Assembly (NCBI GenBank): GCA_964199315.1
Contig: OZ116708.1
Span: 9,238,001 to 9,302,000 of the forward strand
Reading direction: 5' to 3'
Length of the DNA stretch: 64,000 nucleotides
DNA from: Orbicella franksi
Lineage: Eukaryota
The notes beneath the pieces were generated by a model. It saw only the letters and a list, made by a program, of their open reading frames with translations. It was not told the DNA's origin and ran no database searches. Made by a program: the position numbers and the translations under genes. Of this stretch, positions 36,447 through 49,824 are shown piece by piece. The stretch's first letter is position 1, and each line of letters begins with the position of its first letter.

Positions 36447-36727
36447 TAGACTGTTCACAGTCCCCCATTTTTCCGTGAGATCGTAGATGTCGATCGTTGA
36501 GCTCGATGGGCCGCCATCTTGGTCTCTTGATGCAAGCGAAACTGGAGAGAGTACAAAATGCCCGTGGCTAGGGGTGCTGGAGGGCACGGCTGGCGGAAAA
36601 ACTACCCACGGGCATTTTGTACTCTCCCCAGTTTCGCTCGCAGCAAGAGACCAAGATGGCGGCCCATCGAACTCAACGATCGACATCTACGATCTCACGG
36701 AAAAATAGGGGACTGCTGAACAGTCTA
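36447..36727. mobile_element. Fold-back MITE with ~125 bp near-perfect inverted arms and TA ends, in the gene B / SLC35A2 intergenic promoter
   Basis: TAGACTGTTCACAGTCCCC...GGGGACTGCTGAACAGTCTA. It generates the mirror-image ORFs 36438..36686(-) and 36487..36708(+). Confidence 0.9.
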
Positions 36728-37567
36728 CTTAAGGACGCAGCCGGTCCCATTCTCGTCCCCAGAGCCCGTTTTCCCTCTTAGCCGGTGAGGCCTTGACACG
36801 ATAAAAAGGTGACTTCCTTTATAATTTAGAGCATTCTCACATGAGCTTCAAACATCTTCCCAAACTATCCATATTTTAACTCCTTTTTGTCACCTAGGAA
36901 ATAAGTCATTCCGGGTGTGCATGTTAGGATATATTCCGGGTGTACATGTCAGGATTCCGGGCCTTAGGTTCTGGCTTTCCAGCCTTTAGGACAACCCGCC
37001 GCTGGCCACGAGAGTGAAGCCTTGAAATGAAAATAGGAAAATTTATTTTTTTCTTAGACGATCGTTCAGTTCCTTACTTCAGCTGCTTTTTATTTGACTG
37101 TGGTCACGTGTCATTCGTTCGCACCCAGGACTTCTCCTCAATCCAGGGACCTTAGCTACGAAAGAGGTTGTTTCTTTCACTGCCCTGTCCAGACGGACCC
37201 TAGTCGTACGATTAAATTATTTTAAAATCAGTTGCACCGCTTAATTTCCTTGCGAGTTACTATGGTTACCTTAAGCCTTCAGAAGAACGTCACTAAAATC
37301 GAGATCTTAGAACATAGTTATGATAATAAACAAAGGGAAGAGAAATTTGAAAAGTTTGTAGTTTTGGTTGCGCGCTGGTCCAAGAGGTGCTTATCAAATT
37401 ACCAGAAAATCCACTTTACCCGGCCGCTTCGTTTTTTATCGCTCGCGCGTTGTCTGCGTGATTCAACCGCACGTAAATCTCGCACTCCTCGACACTCGTG
37501 AAGATTCTGTCGAGCAGCAGCAAGGATTATGGGCTTATTACCAGCGCCTGAAACAAACGAAACAAAC

Positions 37568-40500
37568 ATGGCGGAGAAGAAGCCGTCGAAAGAAGGTAAG
37601 GAGTTTTAACAACCACTTTTTTCTCTTACGTTGCACAGATTTCGTTATTTGATTGTGTAATTATTGTCGTAGGAAATAATTTTTGCTTCTTTGCCACACG
37701 GCATTTTAACCTGTTGTTGACTTAAAAGAGATTAGAAATCGCTTTCTTGTCTGTTTCGTGTACAATGAGGCGGTTCAAATCTTTCTTTCTTCATATTTTG
37801 ATAGTTTATTTGCGGCTTATATCGACGAGATATCTGCTAGTAAAAGTTTATGGTGAGAAGGTTCGTGACTTCATCGTTCGACCGCCTGACTGGTCGTTTA
37901 ACGATCGACAGCTGAAATTTTTAATTAAGCTTAGTGAAAAGTTTTGAACTTACAAACACGTGGCGAAATTTAATGAAGTGTAAATGAATGCAAATTCTGT
38001 GCTATTTGTTTGTGAACCTGCACTCTCCGATACTCCGTTCCCTCTAAAATAACTGAAAATTTTAATGCTTGTTTCTCCTTAAGTTTTAACGGGTCAGCTT
38101 AGCTTAATTTGAATTCATTTTAAAGTACGAACGCCTGGCTAGACTTGTGATAAATCCCTGGCTTGCCCTTTCGGGATGACCCCAGAATTACCACAGGGAG
38201 ATGTTGAGGAATACATGTACAAAGAGATTACATGGAATCTTCCCATATTCCAGGGAAAAAATGAAAACTTAGTGAGATGCTTGAAGGATAGGGGAACATA
38301 AAATTTTGTAGTTTACATATATTTATTATATATTTTTTTCATTCGGATTCTTGCAAAGTCACCCAGTGGCATGAGTACAAGATTAAGTGAAAAAAATGTA
38401 AAAAAAAAACCAAAAACAAAAAACTGGGGAAAGCTCAAATAAAATGGAATAAAATTACAACAAATAAATGTGGTCAGAGATGGTGGCCTTAATTTTGTGG
38501 AAGAGACAGTCTCTCGACAAGTAATCAAATGAAAGACTGTTTCAGTTGATGATAGTTCTTGGCCAGAAACAATATTAAAAAAGAGGAGAACTTGGCTTGT
38601 GCCCCCATACCAGGGGGAAATTGGTAAGATACCTTCACTCACTTTTAATATCCTGGGTAACTTCAGGGATCAATCCCAGGGAAAGTCTTTTGCCAGCAGT
38701 AACCAGGTCGCATTTAGGATTTGTCCAAGATAATTTTTTAATTCAAATGGTTTTCTATACATTAACATATATGAATTTTTAACACTGCTAAATTGGTAAT
38801 TTAAGAACTTATATACATTGCCAGTTTGCTGTCCAACATGTATGTAGAAATTTAAGACTGTTTCATATTTCATTGTCATGCATATCATTTATTCTACTTT
38901 TACCACTTATTTGTTTTCTATATTCAGAGAGTGGCTGGTGCAACCTCAAGTACGTTAGTCTACTCACCTTGACAATACAGAATGCATCCTTAATCCTCAC
39001 AATACGCTACTCACGTACCTTACCTGGGGATATGTACATTGCATCAACGGCAGTGGTGTTTGCAGAGGTTTTTAAAGTGGTGGCATGTTTGCTAATTATA
39101 TTTGCTGAAAAAGGCAATATTCGTGATTGGCTTGGACAGCTGTACTCAACAATCATTGGTCAGCCATGGGACACACTCAAACTCTCTGTTCCAGCATTAC
39201 TTTACACAGTGCAAAATAATCTACAATATGTTGCAATCTCAAATTTGGATGCTGCTACTTTTCAGGTGAATGAAAGTAATTACTGTCATTAGAATTCTGA
39301 TATTGTGCTTTGTTTTATTAATCAACAATTACGTGTAGATTATGAGCTCAAGATTTCTATCATGCATGGAGATTGAGAGCAGAATAAAAGTTGTTCAAAT
39401 TTGTTAAGACACGGTATTGACCATTATGCTTTTTGTGAGTCTGTTATTGTTTTGATTTACTTGATCGTAGGGTTTCTATTGTATTCCAATGCTGAGAGCG
39501 TGCAGTGCATCCCGACCAAAATTGGGTCATTTACTAAATCTTCTTCAAAGCTGACAGTTTGTAATGTATACAAAATAAAAATGCTGCATATTAATTTCAC
39601 TGGCTGAGCTATCATGGATTTTCACCATTGACATAATTTACCCAAGGCATGCACTGACAAAACACCGTGTGAATGTGCAATCTGACTGCCCATACACAGG
39701 GCAGTCTCATTGATAAACTACACTGTGTGCTAGTCAATCTGTAAAAATGGTATTGATCAACTTAATGATTTCACAAAGTTCCTGAAATAAACTAGTATTG
39801 ACAACTTCATGATTCATGAAATTCCTGAAATGAACTTGTTGTTCATATTTTCTGTTGTTTTAGTAGATTAGTCAGTGGCCTTAATGTACAATGTACAATC
39901 TCCGTTGCTATCATCTTTCTATCTGGATTAAATTTAAACCATATCTGAACGTTTTTCAAGTGTCAGTTTATGTGGATCGCAACATGGTGGAGTTGCACCA
40001 ACATGTTTCTTTTAGGTTTTGTTTTTTGTGTTTTTTTTTGTTTTTGTTTTTTAGTTTGAGTTCAAAAAACTAGATTGAGGTTGGTGTGTATCACATGACC
40101 CTCTCACATGATCTCTTTTGGACCAAAATTTAGAGGAATACATGTAGAACAAAGATAAAAAAGAAAAAAAAATGTATTATGTTTATTGCATGAAATGTAG
40201 ATCAGGATAAGAAGGTTATTCACACTGTAGGATACTACTGAGCAATTAAATAAAGTTTTCTCACTGAAAATTAAGATTATGTTTTATCTTTATTCAAAGG
40301 TGACATACCAACTAAAAATTTTGACAACAGCACTGTTCTCTGTGTTCATGCTCAACAAAGCCCTAGTCAAACTTCAATGGCTGTCACTCTTTATGCTGTT
40401 TATTGGTGTTTCCATGGTACAGCTTCAGCCCACACAGCAATCTTCACCTCATGCAAAAGACAATGAGCCTAATGAGACTGAGGAAAAAGAGAAAGTCACT

Positions 40501-41901
40501 CAGAGTCCAGTGCTTGGTTTAGTCTCAGTCATTTTGTCAAGTCTTTGCTCTGGCTTTGCAGGTTAGACCTTGACATACAATGTAATAATACAACTGTAAT
40601 ATTGCTTATAATTTATACAAATCAACATAGAAATTACAGTTACTCGTTAGGTTTGATGCTTAAAGCGATCATCAGACAGTCTGATGATGGCTTCAGGCAT
40701 GAAACTCAATGACAAATTATTGTAGTTTCTATCTTAATTTGTATTTCACTCTACATGTATTTGTATCAAGCACTCCTATGATTGTGTGAAACCAGTTCTA
40801 TTTTTCTTTGTTTATTATTTATATTATTTTTCCTGGGGACAGTTTTTAGCACAGATCAAACACAATTTAAAACTTTTTTAATATGCATTATTAGTAACTG
40901 TCTGGGCTACTCACTATCTATATATGTAGATAGTGAGTAGCCCAGCAGCATGCACCGGTGGCTACTTCTATGTTTTTTTGGAAGTGTCTTTGAAGAGGAT
41001 TTAGATTGAAGTTTTAGATTTATAAATACTAAAACAATTAGATTATTTGCCCTGGATTTCTACGCAACTGTGTGATAGTTGACACGGGCTGCACCCTCAT
41101 ATCACGCGACAGAAATCTCCAGCACTTAATCAAAGTGTTAAATAGTCTGCCATCTTGAGCTGGAACTATGGTGCCTGAAGGTGAGCAGTAAAACTGCCTG
41201 AAATGTCGCATTTCAAAAACATTTTAACCTCAGGAAAGTCCCTTGTAGAACAAGATTTACTGTTATTGATTTATTTTACTTGTAAACATGAGAGATTCTG
41301 CAAGTTTCAGGAAAACTATAAATTATAATTTCTATTCTGCCACACACTATGTTCAATAATGATACTGAAGATGGCACATGCATCTGCCAAGACATGTTTG
41401 TTAAACTCAAGTGTGCCGTGTTCTTTAAAATGATACTCACAAGTGCATTTTTCTGTTACATTGTAATTCAAAGGTGTGTACTTTGAGAAGATCTTGAAGG
41501 GATCTAAAACATCTATTTGGCTACGAAACATTCAGTTGGGCATCTATGGAACAATAATTGGCCTGGTTGGCATGCGCATTAAAGATGGTGATAAGGTCGA
41601 TGACAAAGGCATGTTGTTTGGTTACACTGCCTTGGTATGGATTGTGATTTCCATGCAGGCGTTTGGTGGTCTGTTGGTTGCAGTCGTGGTGAAGTATGCT
41701 GACAACATACTTAAGGGTTTTGCAACATCATTTTCAATAATCATTTCATGTGTTGTGTCTGTGTATCTATTTGACTTCCATATCAATGTGCAGTTCATGT
41801 TGGGAGCTGTATTAGTTATTGCAGCCGTTCTTCTGTATGGAAGACCACAGAATCAAGTGAAACCAGGCAGTGATAAACCTGCCCCTCTACTTAAAGTGTA
41901 G
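37568..41901 (+). CDS. SLC35A2: UDP-galactose translocator (nucleotide-sugar transporter, SLC35A family), 351 aa
   Basis: Exons 37568-37595, 38928-39265, 40300-40561 and 41474-41901 total 1056 nt, all GT-AG. Motifs [59 protein letters not shown] and [15 protein letters not shown] match SLC35A2 better than SLC35A3. Confidence 0.93.
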
Positions 41902-44693
41902 GCCTTCACAGTGAAATTTGACTCATTGTTAATTAGGTCTTTGGCCTTTGCATGTTTAATCAGGTAATTAAAATTCTCTGTTGGGGTTTTAGTTTTACTC
42001 TTAGATGCACAAACTAACTCATACATCCACCATAGGTGCCTTAATACAAGGGGGGAGGGGTTAGGTGCATGGAATCCCTCCCCCAGATGTTTGTTCTGTT
42101 AATGTCCGACCCACCCCCTTCCCCCCTTAAGTACATTCAGCTTTTAACATGAATTCTCTCTCTGGTAACATTATTTTGTGATAAATAGCTGCCAATGGTG
42201 GAGACTAGAGGGTCTGGGAAAGGCTCCCTCAGAATTTTTTTTTTATTTAGAGCTTAAAAATGCAATTTCCAGCATCCTGCATGGGGATCAATAGTACGAG
42301 GGCTGTGTACACCAGTTTTAATAACAGGACTAAGTTATATTAGTTCAGAGGGCTACCAACTAAATTCAACCAATCAGATCGCTCCATTGCTGGTGCAGCA
42401 CTCTCTGTTATTGGCCGCTCTTGAAGATTTTCTGATAATATTTTGGCTTAAATTTCTGACAAAACTTGCTTTCACATGAGAGATTCCTTTTTTTCTTTCT
42501 TCTGACTCTCTTTGCCTTCTGCTTTGTTTAACATCAGGCCTGAGTTTACATGTAACACCTAGTGGCTCCCAATCAGCAATGCACACTTGAAGTTTGCAAT
42601 GTTTTTCTAGTCCATGATTGTGGCATTTTTCCTAAACCTTTTCAGTCATGTAATAAAATGTCTTATTAATAACCAAGCTTGCTTTGGACCATACTGGGCA
42701 AGTTTAAAGTGTGTGATGTTTTTCCAGTCTGTGATTGTGGCATTTAAACACTTTCAGTTGTGCAATAAATATCTTATTTAATATTTAATAACCAAGCTTG
42801 CTTGGGACCATACTGAGAGAGTATCAGGCCTCTGTCATTTTTGTACAGTGGTTAACATGCATGTTAGATTCATGCATTTGATTTTTACATTGTATATGTC
42901 AAAAATATTTTTGTCTGGAAAATTACTGTAAGCTTAAACAAGGCTGTTACATGTAATTATTGTTTGAGACCTTCAGAATTGGACAAGTTGTCCAAGACGT
43001 TTGGTTAATCCAGGATTAGGCAAAAAGTGTGAATTCTTTTTTTTGAATCTATAACTTTTTAGGCAGGATTTTTGCTTAATCTGGGTATTGCCTGTCCTGA
43101 CATAAACCAGTCTCGAACTCTGCAAAGAATTAGCGATAGTCCTGGTTAATCTTAGTAGTAGATTAAGGCCAATTATGCAGCACAGCCCAAATTCACTTTT
43201 TTCACAGTTATGCAAAAATGTCAAGTTCATTTTGTTCTAGAAAATGTACATGTACACTGTACAGGTAGAATGAAGTGCCCTGCAAAATTCAGATTTTGAA
43301 GTCTTGTCTTGAATGTGAACTAGTCTTGCATGCAGGCCACTTTTATATGGGAGCTTCTTGTTTCATGAGGTAACACACAAGTTGTTGAAGGTTATTTAAT
43401 AAAATAATAAAATAATACAGTATATATATATACACATTTGTACATGAAAATCAAGCTCACAAATATATTTTGAGGGAAAATTAAAAGCATTCTTGAAAAC
43501 AAAAATATACGGTTTGTTAAAGATAAGCTCCAATGCACAGCCAAAACTGCACAAGATTGAAGCAAATGATTAAACTCCTAACATGTCAGTTTCAAGCTCT
43601 CACTGAACAGAGATTACAGTTGACTCAGTTCACTCAAACAGTCAAGGGAAATTATGAAACATTTGAGTTATCAGGAGTTCAATTTCATAGGGCAAAGGGA
43701 AGAAAATATGAACTGCATGAACTCTAACACCACCAAGAAGCCAAATTTTTGGACACTTACACGTAAGATTAAATGGCTGCTTAGCCGGCTTGCAGACATC
43801 TACTTTTTCTTTTAATTTTTTTTTTTTTTTTGTATGAAAGGAAATACTGCATATTCATGTAGACTGCTGTACACAGCTAATGCTGCTCAATTTGGTTCAA
43901 ATTTCATGTTTTTAAATGTAATGAAGTATGGTTTGACTCATTGCACTAAATGATAAAGGGGTTCAAATTATTGACAGCAACATTGTAAAGATTTAATGAA
44001 TGGGAAACAATATGCTGACTTTGATATAGTGGGTGTTCAAGTCATTCAGGGGGTAAATTTACAGTAAATGTATGAAGTAAATCCAGGGGAAATCAGTTTT
44101 AATTCAAGCTTAATGTGTAAGATTCGAATTACAGAGGGCTTGAGTTACTGGGAGTCAATGATATTTTTATGAGATTTTACTGGAAAGTCAACTTTGGAAT
44201 AAAAGCCAGGCCAAACAAACAAACAAAAATTGGTCTCAATTTGCAGGCTCATTAGAATGCCTCAAATTTATTTAATATTAAGCTATTTGGACACCGATTA
44301 AATGGTGTCGTCACATGACTCTTATTTATTAGTTAGCAGGGTAATATGACTTATATGTTAGTTAAATTACATCTGCATTTTCAGCAGTATGAATTATCAT
44401 ATTGTAAAATACTGATACTTATGCAATAACATAGGCGTATGTACTCTGGTAATGTGTTAACCTTATATAATTTATGTTTTCATTGTACAATGTTAAAAGT
44501 AATGGTTAAATTTGGGAATATGGAAACATGACAGCTACATTACTTTTACTTCAGTGCTGTGCATTTCTTAATAATTTTAGTTTTAATTTACACATTAAAA
44601 TGATGGGTGTGATCATCCAGAAATTTTCAAAGGACGTTTTGAGAACGTGGCGATAATTCTGTTTCACTGATTCTAGCTTAGAAGGTACCAGTA

Positions 44694-44922
44694 GACCATT
44701 GCAGTTGTCTGCTCAGTAACCTGGCCTTTGAATGACAGCAAGGCTGCAAGTGACCTTCTTTTGATACAGACCTTTGTTTTGTTGTGTAAATCAAGTTGTT
44801 CTTATGCCAACTAGTTGGCATTTAAATGAAAAAAGTAAAGAGGTCTATATCAAAGCAAGGTCGCGTCCAGCCTAGCTTGCATTCATAGGCCAGGTAACTA
44901 AGCACATAACTGTAAAATGGCC
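44694..44922. mobile_element. TA-flanked MITE
   Basis: Imperfect TIR GACCATT..CAGTT..TGCT.AGT.ACCTGGCCT..GAATG / CATTCATAGGCCAGGTAACTAAGCACATAACTGTAAAATGGCC, with TA on both sides. Confidence 0.7.
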
Positions 44923-45195
44923 TAGTCCTTTTTCTGCAAACTATCAAATTTTTTACCCTAAAAGTTACCATGTCTAACAGTACACAATTAGGACTTCAAC
45001 ACCACAAACTACAGATTTTGACCTGCAAATGGCACAATTATAACCAACATCACTTTTCGTGGGAATTGTCACTATTCCTCCCCTTCCCCCCTCCCACGTT
45101 ACGGTTTGCGCATCTACATGGGTTTAGTTCGTCGTTTGCAATCCGTATGAAAACTGCTCAGCCCTTGACCATCCTTGTTCCTTTATGGATTATTA

Positions 45196-45247
45196 TTATT
45201 ATACGGCTAGCTCCGTGAGCAGGCAAGATGAATCAAATCCTGCGCTG

Positions 45248-45278
<31 letters not shown>

Positions 45279-45370
45279 TCTCTTGCCCGCTCGGGACTAC
45301 CCGCCGTGTCCCGCAAAAAAAAAAAAAAAAAAAAAAATTTCCCCGAAAGCCATATATATCGACCAAGCTT

Positions 45371-45405
<35 letters not shown>

Positions 45406-45525
45406 TATTTTTTTGCGAGTTTATGGACCTCGACTCCGTCTCGGTCTATAAACACGCAAAAAAAGAACTTGGCCAATATCCAGCCATCTTGACGTCACAC
45501 TTGGGCAATAACCCATACATACTGT
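45196..45525 (+). mobile_element. Interspersed non-autonomous repeat (GGCTAGCTCCG...GATTGGCTACCCGAGCGGGCAAGATGG...); diverged second copy at ~30004-30245 in a gene B intron
   Basis: The two copies in this window align in the same orientation, with internal inverted motifs CAAGATGGC / GCCATCTTG. Confidence 0.6.
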
Positions 45526-46538
45526 ACCTGTCAAGTCTCCCGTTTTGCGTTGGTGTCCAGTTCTCTCGCGATTCTATCCGCGCGTACAACGATTGAATAC
45601 AAATATGAGAAAATAGAGGGCTGTGAACTGTCTACTGATGTTCTTACCACATTTTGACGTGGTGATCTGTGATCCATTACTAAACAGACGCACGGCAAAA
45701 TGGAATCTATTTGTTTTATATATTAATAAAGAGAAAATATTGTAAAAGATTCGAGAATAATTTGACTTATTAAAAACAAACAAACAAACAAACAAAAAAG
45801 ACAAAAAAACAAGAAACCTTGAGAGTTACTATGTGTTGCCTGTCTTGTTTACCTAATTTTGACCTTCTTGAATCCCATTTCCCGCACGAAAAAATCGTTA
45901 ATTCCTGCTTCGCGCCATGAAAATAATCAACTTCTCGCCTCCTGCCAGCTCCCGTCAAGTCTGCATCCCGCTTTCAAATTTTTTATGTCCCGCATCCCGA
46001 TGGCGAAAAAAGGCCCTTCCGAATCCCGCCAACCCTTCGTTACTGACCCTCACCATCCATGTTTATTGAATAGAGAATAATACATGGGCGCGTGAAGATA
46101 TGTTATTATGTTATTTCTCTTGGGGTGTTCAACCTCGAAAAGAGAAATTCAATATCTTCAAGCAACCATGTATTATTTTGGTTATTATATAAACATACTG
46201 ATAACGACGTATTTGACGGTTGTCCGAAGGTCACACCGAGGAAGATCCGAAGATGTTATAATCAAACACCAACAAATTTAAGTACAGTTATAAAAGGGTC
46301 AAACAAAATGGGAAACATTACGTCGTCGATATTATCGTTGTGAAATTAGCGTAATTTTACACGTCTTTTCTCCGAGCTGGAAATCCTTGTAAAACACCCT
46401 AGTTTCTTCCGGATTACTGATGGTATCCTATCCTCCTTCGTCACGCAATAAGTAATGGTATCCCAGCATAGAGCAATAGAAAAGCGTAAGCGATAGCAAC
46501 GCGGAAGTGAATCAAAATAATTTGTGATTTTACTCGCC

Positions 46539-47915
46539 ATGTCTCTATCTAGTACTCTCAGAAATCAGGGTAATGAGTTCTTTCGTCAAGCAGTCCGCTT
46601 GGATGTAGATTGTTCGCCACAACAGGCAAGGGATCTTTTTGAACGAGCGCTGTCTTGTTATTATCAAGCCAAAGACAAATCTAACAACCGTGAAGACGAA
46701 TGCTCTGCTGCAAAGAACATCGGTAAAGCGGCATGGAAGATCGCGAGAGTGCTGACCAAGAGTGGGGACAAACCACAAACAATCCTCTTCTACCTGCACG
46801 AGGCGATCAAAGGGTTGTGCACCGCTTACAGTAACAGTGAAGAATGCAAAGACCCTGAATGGAGAGGCGAAGTGTTTGAGACGATCAGTGTTTGTTTACA
46901 AGAAGTGATCGACGCGGCAGAAGCATTTGGACACGCCGATCAAAAGATCGCGCAGCTGGAGAAGCTCGTGGTCATCACCACAGTGAATGAAGCTGTCCCG
47001 GACATACAAATGAAATTGGCAACGAGCTACTTCCACGATGGTACGACGAAACTACAGAATGGCGACTACAAGAAATGCCTGTCACGCATGAAGGATTGTT
47101 ATCGGCCTATTGAAGAAGTTAAACATCTGTCAAGCCGTTATGGGGGAGATTTAAAGTACGAGTTGCTGGAAGAAGCTGAAATCCTGGAGAAAGACGTGTT
47201 CTACCACACATGCGCGGCTTCTGCCTTCCAAGCTCGTGTTCACGGAGATGAACTTCTTCAAACGGCTTTGAAGGAGCAAGAAGAGCTAGACATGACGCTG
47301 ATTTTCGAAGTGATCGACTGGTACAAGCAAGCGGTCGTGCTAGCGAGAGAGGTTGAGATCGAGCAGGAGGCCATCGCCGAGAGTCGTCTAGGTGTTGTCT
47401 ACGACAAGGTTCTTAGGATGACATTGCGAGCTAAAGCGTACTTCACTCACAGCTTTGAGCTTGCGGAGTCTCTGAAACCTCGCGTTTTCACCTCCCAGGA
47501 CTGGTACAAAGATTGTATCACGACGCTGAAGAAGTACCAAGACGAGGCTCGCCAGAGAGACGAGGAAGAACAACAGAAAGCTCGAGCGGCGTTTCTGGAG
47601 GAATTGTCTGAGGAGTTAGCTGACATAAGATCTCACAAAGCCCGGGCAGCCGACCTGATTAAACACGTGTATAGCAACTATCCACCTAAACATCCATCTT
47701 GGCAGAAACCCAGTGATGAAGACATGAAAAAATGGGGAGAAATGGAGTTAGGTTCCAGAGATTACAAGAAGCTTCTTCTCAAAGCCCTCGGCTTCTACCA
47801 TCCTGATAAGGTAGATGAAAAAATCCATGGTATGAAATGGAAAATTCTCTGCGGGGAGATCACTAAAATGCTTAATGATCATTACGAGGGAACAAAATTA
47901 GGCTCAAGAGATTAA
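46539..47915 (+). CDS. Intronless all-helical TPR-like protein (~458 aa) with C-terminal J-domain-like segment containing HPD
   Basis: Long uninterrupted ORF with ATG in GCCATG context at 46539. TPR-like segments include LRNQGNEFFRQA, ALSCYYQA and AESRLGVVYDKV. The C-terminus is KLLLKALGFYHPDK...ILCGEITKMLNDHY. Confidence 0.8.
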   Translation: MSLSSTLRNQGNEFFRQAVRLDVDCSPQQARDLFERALSCYYQAKDKSNNREDECSAAKNIGKAAWKIARVLTKSGDKPQTILFYLHEAIKGLCTAYSNSEECKDPEWRGEVFETISVCLQEVIDAAEAFGHADQKIAQLEKLVVITTVNEAVPDIQMKLATSYFHDGTTKLQNGDYKKCLSRMKDCYRPIEEVKHLSSRYGGDLKYELLEEAEILEKDVFYHTCAASAFQARVHGDELLQTALKEQEELDMTLIFEVIDWYKQAVVLAREVEIEQEAIAESRLGVVYDKVLRMTLRAKAYFTHSFELAESLKPRVFTSQDWYKDCITTLKKYQDEARQRDEEEQQKARAAFLEELSEELADIRSHKARAADLIKHVYSNYPPKHPSWQKPSDEDMKKWGEMELGSRDYKKLLLKALGFYHPDKVDEKIHGMKWKILCGEITKMLNDHYEGTKLGSRD

Positions 47916-48575
47916 ACTGGTGTAAACAGTATATGACTATGAGCTGAAAGTACATTTAATAAGTTGTAGTGTGTTGGGCGATTAGTTGTCAAATGTAGGA
48001 AAACTGATACGGTCTTATGTATGATGACTGTGCATATCATTTACATCTACGCAAGTAGCAACACTTAATGAGAAAAGTTACACAATTTAAATATTTGAAA
48101 ATTTCCAGACCGTAAAATGCCATGTTTTGTTCACCGTTTAATACAGAGTACAGTTAGCAAGGTAATTCTCACACTTTCAGTTCTTTATTGTAAATTTTTC
48201 TCTTTTTCCCGCTTTTATACATTATATTTCCTTATAAAGTAATTACATAAATCAGTACTGAGGTACTAAAGCATGCAAACATTAAAAACTAAGACACATT
48301 TATGTATTTTGCGTGTTGTTTCTAACTCAACCCACCCCAACACATTAAACTGAGTATCTCTAGAGGATTCACATTAAAGAATAATACAGGCAGCGCAATT
48401 TTGCAGCCGTTGTAAACTTTTGCTGGACGCCGTCGATGGTTCACCTCGACATGCAGTGTCAGCACAACTTAGGGTTGGCTCAATAAGGGTATAACGGACA
48501 CACTGTCGCTTAAGATTGAGACAAGACCGTATTCGTGCTAAGCGCCCCAAACGTTTGTTAATTTTGTTACAAATA

Positions 48576-49824
48576 CATTGGAACCCCGCTAATACGTCAC
48601 CAACGGGCCATGAAGATTTGGCCGCATTAACGGGGTAGGGTCAATTAAACCTTAACTGAGTGACGTCTTAACACATTGCCGTAGCAAGGGAGGAACCGGG
48701 GAGGGGAGGGGGGGGGGGTGGTCACAGGCCCCAAAAGTAAAAACAGACATGTATAAAATGATGAAAATAAAATTTTATCTCCCAGTCGAAAGTGATGGCA
48801 GTGTACAGGGATAAGCTAGAACCCCAGCTGTTTCTGCTTCCAGAAATGGTGCAGGCAATCGAGTACGACACCTCTAGATTCGACATCGCCGATCTGCTGG
48901 ACTTTTTTCAGTTACTTGGAAATACTCTTTAACTCCTACTGAGTGAGATTTACACCCTTGCAAAGTTTATGCTTGTCATGCCAGCTACTAACGCCATCAG
49001 CGAGCGCTCCTTCTCCGCCTGAAAGCGGGTCGAAACTTACCTGCGCTCAACCACGGGAGTGACCAGGCGCAACCACCTCATGCTTCTGCATGTCCACAAG
49101 GAATTGGCAGATGGTATTGACATGGTGGAGGTCACCAATTTGTTTGTGGGGGACAACCAGCGGCGCAAGCACGTGTTTGGGAAGTTTTCGTAAAACGACA
49201 AGCCGATGAAGTCTGCATTTGCCTCTAGGGCAACTCAGACAGTTTAATAACGTACTAATACCGGACTCTGAGTCTCTGACAGATGAAACACTTGCTTGAG
49301 AGACAGTAGGTTTTGTTATTTTGTAATTAACGTTGCAAGTGTTGTACTTTTTTCAATCTGCATTGCTTTGCTGAGACGGTGTAGGAAGTAATTCGCGATA
49401 CCCTTTCAACACAGATAGCTCTTGGAGAACGCTGGAAATAGCACTTCCGAACCTATAGCCTTCGGCGCTCGATTCTGTGCCCCTCAGTTTTCCCCCCTTA
49501 ATTGCTACGGCACTGTTAACAGAAATATCACAGTTGCCATTCTAAACAACTGTTCTTTAATAAACATCCGAAATGCGGATATAATGTTTTTTAAAAACAA
49601 TTAAAAGATTGAATCAGTAGCTATCAGTATGTAAAATAATAATAGAAAGATGAACATGGCTGGTTTGAGTGGCCGTATAAACGGGGTAACATTATATAAC
49701 AATTATATCGGTCAGGATTTCAGCCGTTGGCTGTATTAACGGGGAGACCGCATTAACGGGCATTCAGCCGGGACAAAAGAAAGTGGCCGTATTAACGAGG
49801 TAACCATAAGGCAGAGTTCCACTG
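48576..49824. mobile_element. TA-flanked Tc1/mariner-type MITE (CA[G/T]TGGAAC termini; GGCCG[C/T]ATTAACGGGG subterminal repeats), interrupted by a hAT insertion
   Basis: TA|CATTGGAACCCCG at 48574 and GTTCCACTG|TA at 49824, with repeated GCCGTATTAACG(G/A)GG motifs at both ends. Confidence 0.7.
48674..49515 (+). mobile_element. Internally deleted hAT transposon (ZMYM1-like C-terminal dimerisation domain remnant)
   Basis: TIR CA(T/G)TGCCGTAGCAA / TTGCTACGGCACTG. Positions ~48920-49190 read LLSEIYTLAKFMLVMPATNAISERSFSA*KRVETYLRSTT...RNHLMLLHVHK. TTAACA lies on both flanks. Confidence 0.85.

Noticed and set aside
36438-36708. Two nearly identical ORFs on opposite strands
   Set aside because: They are an artefact of the palindromic MITE, not genes.
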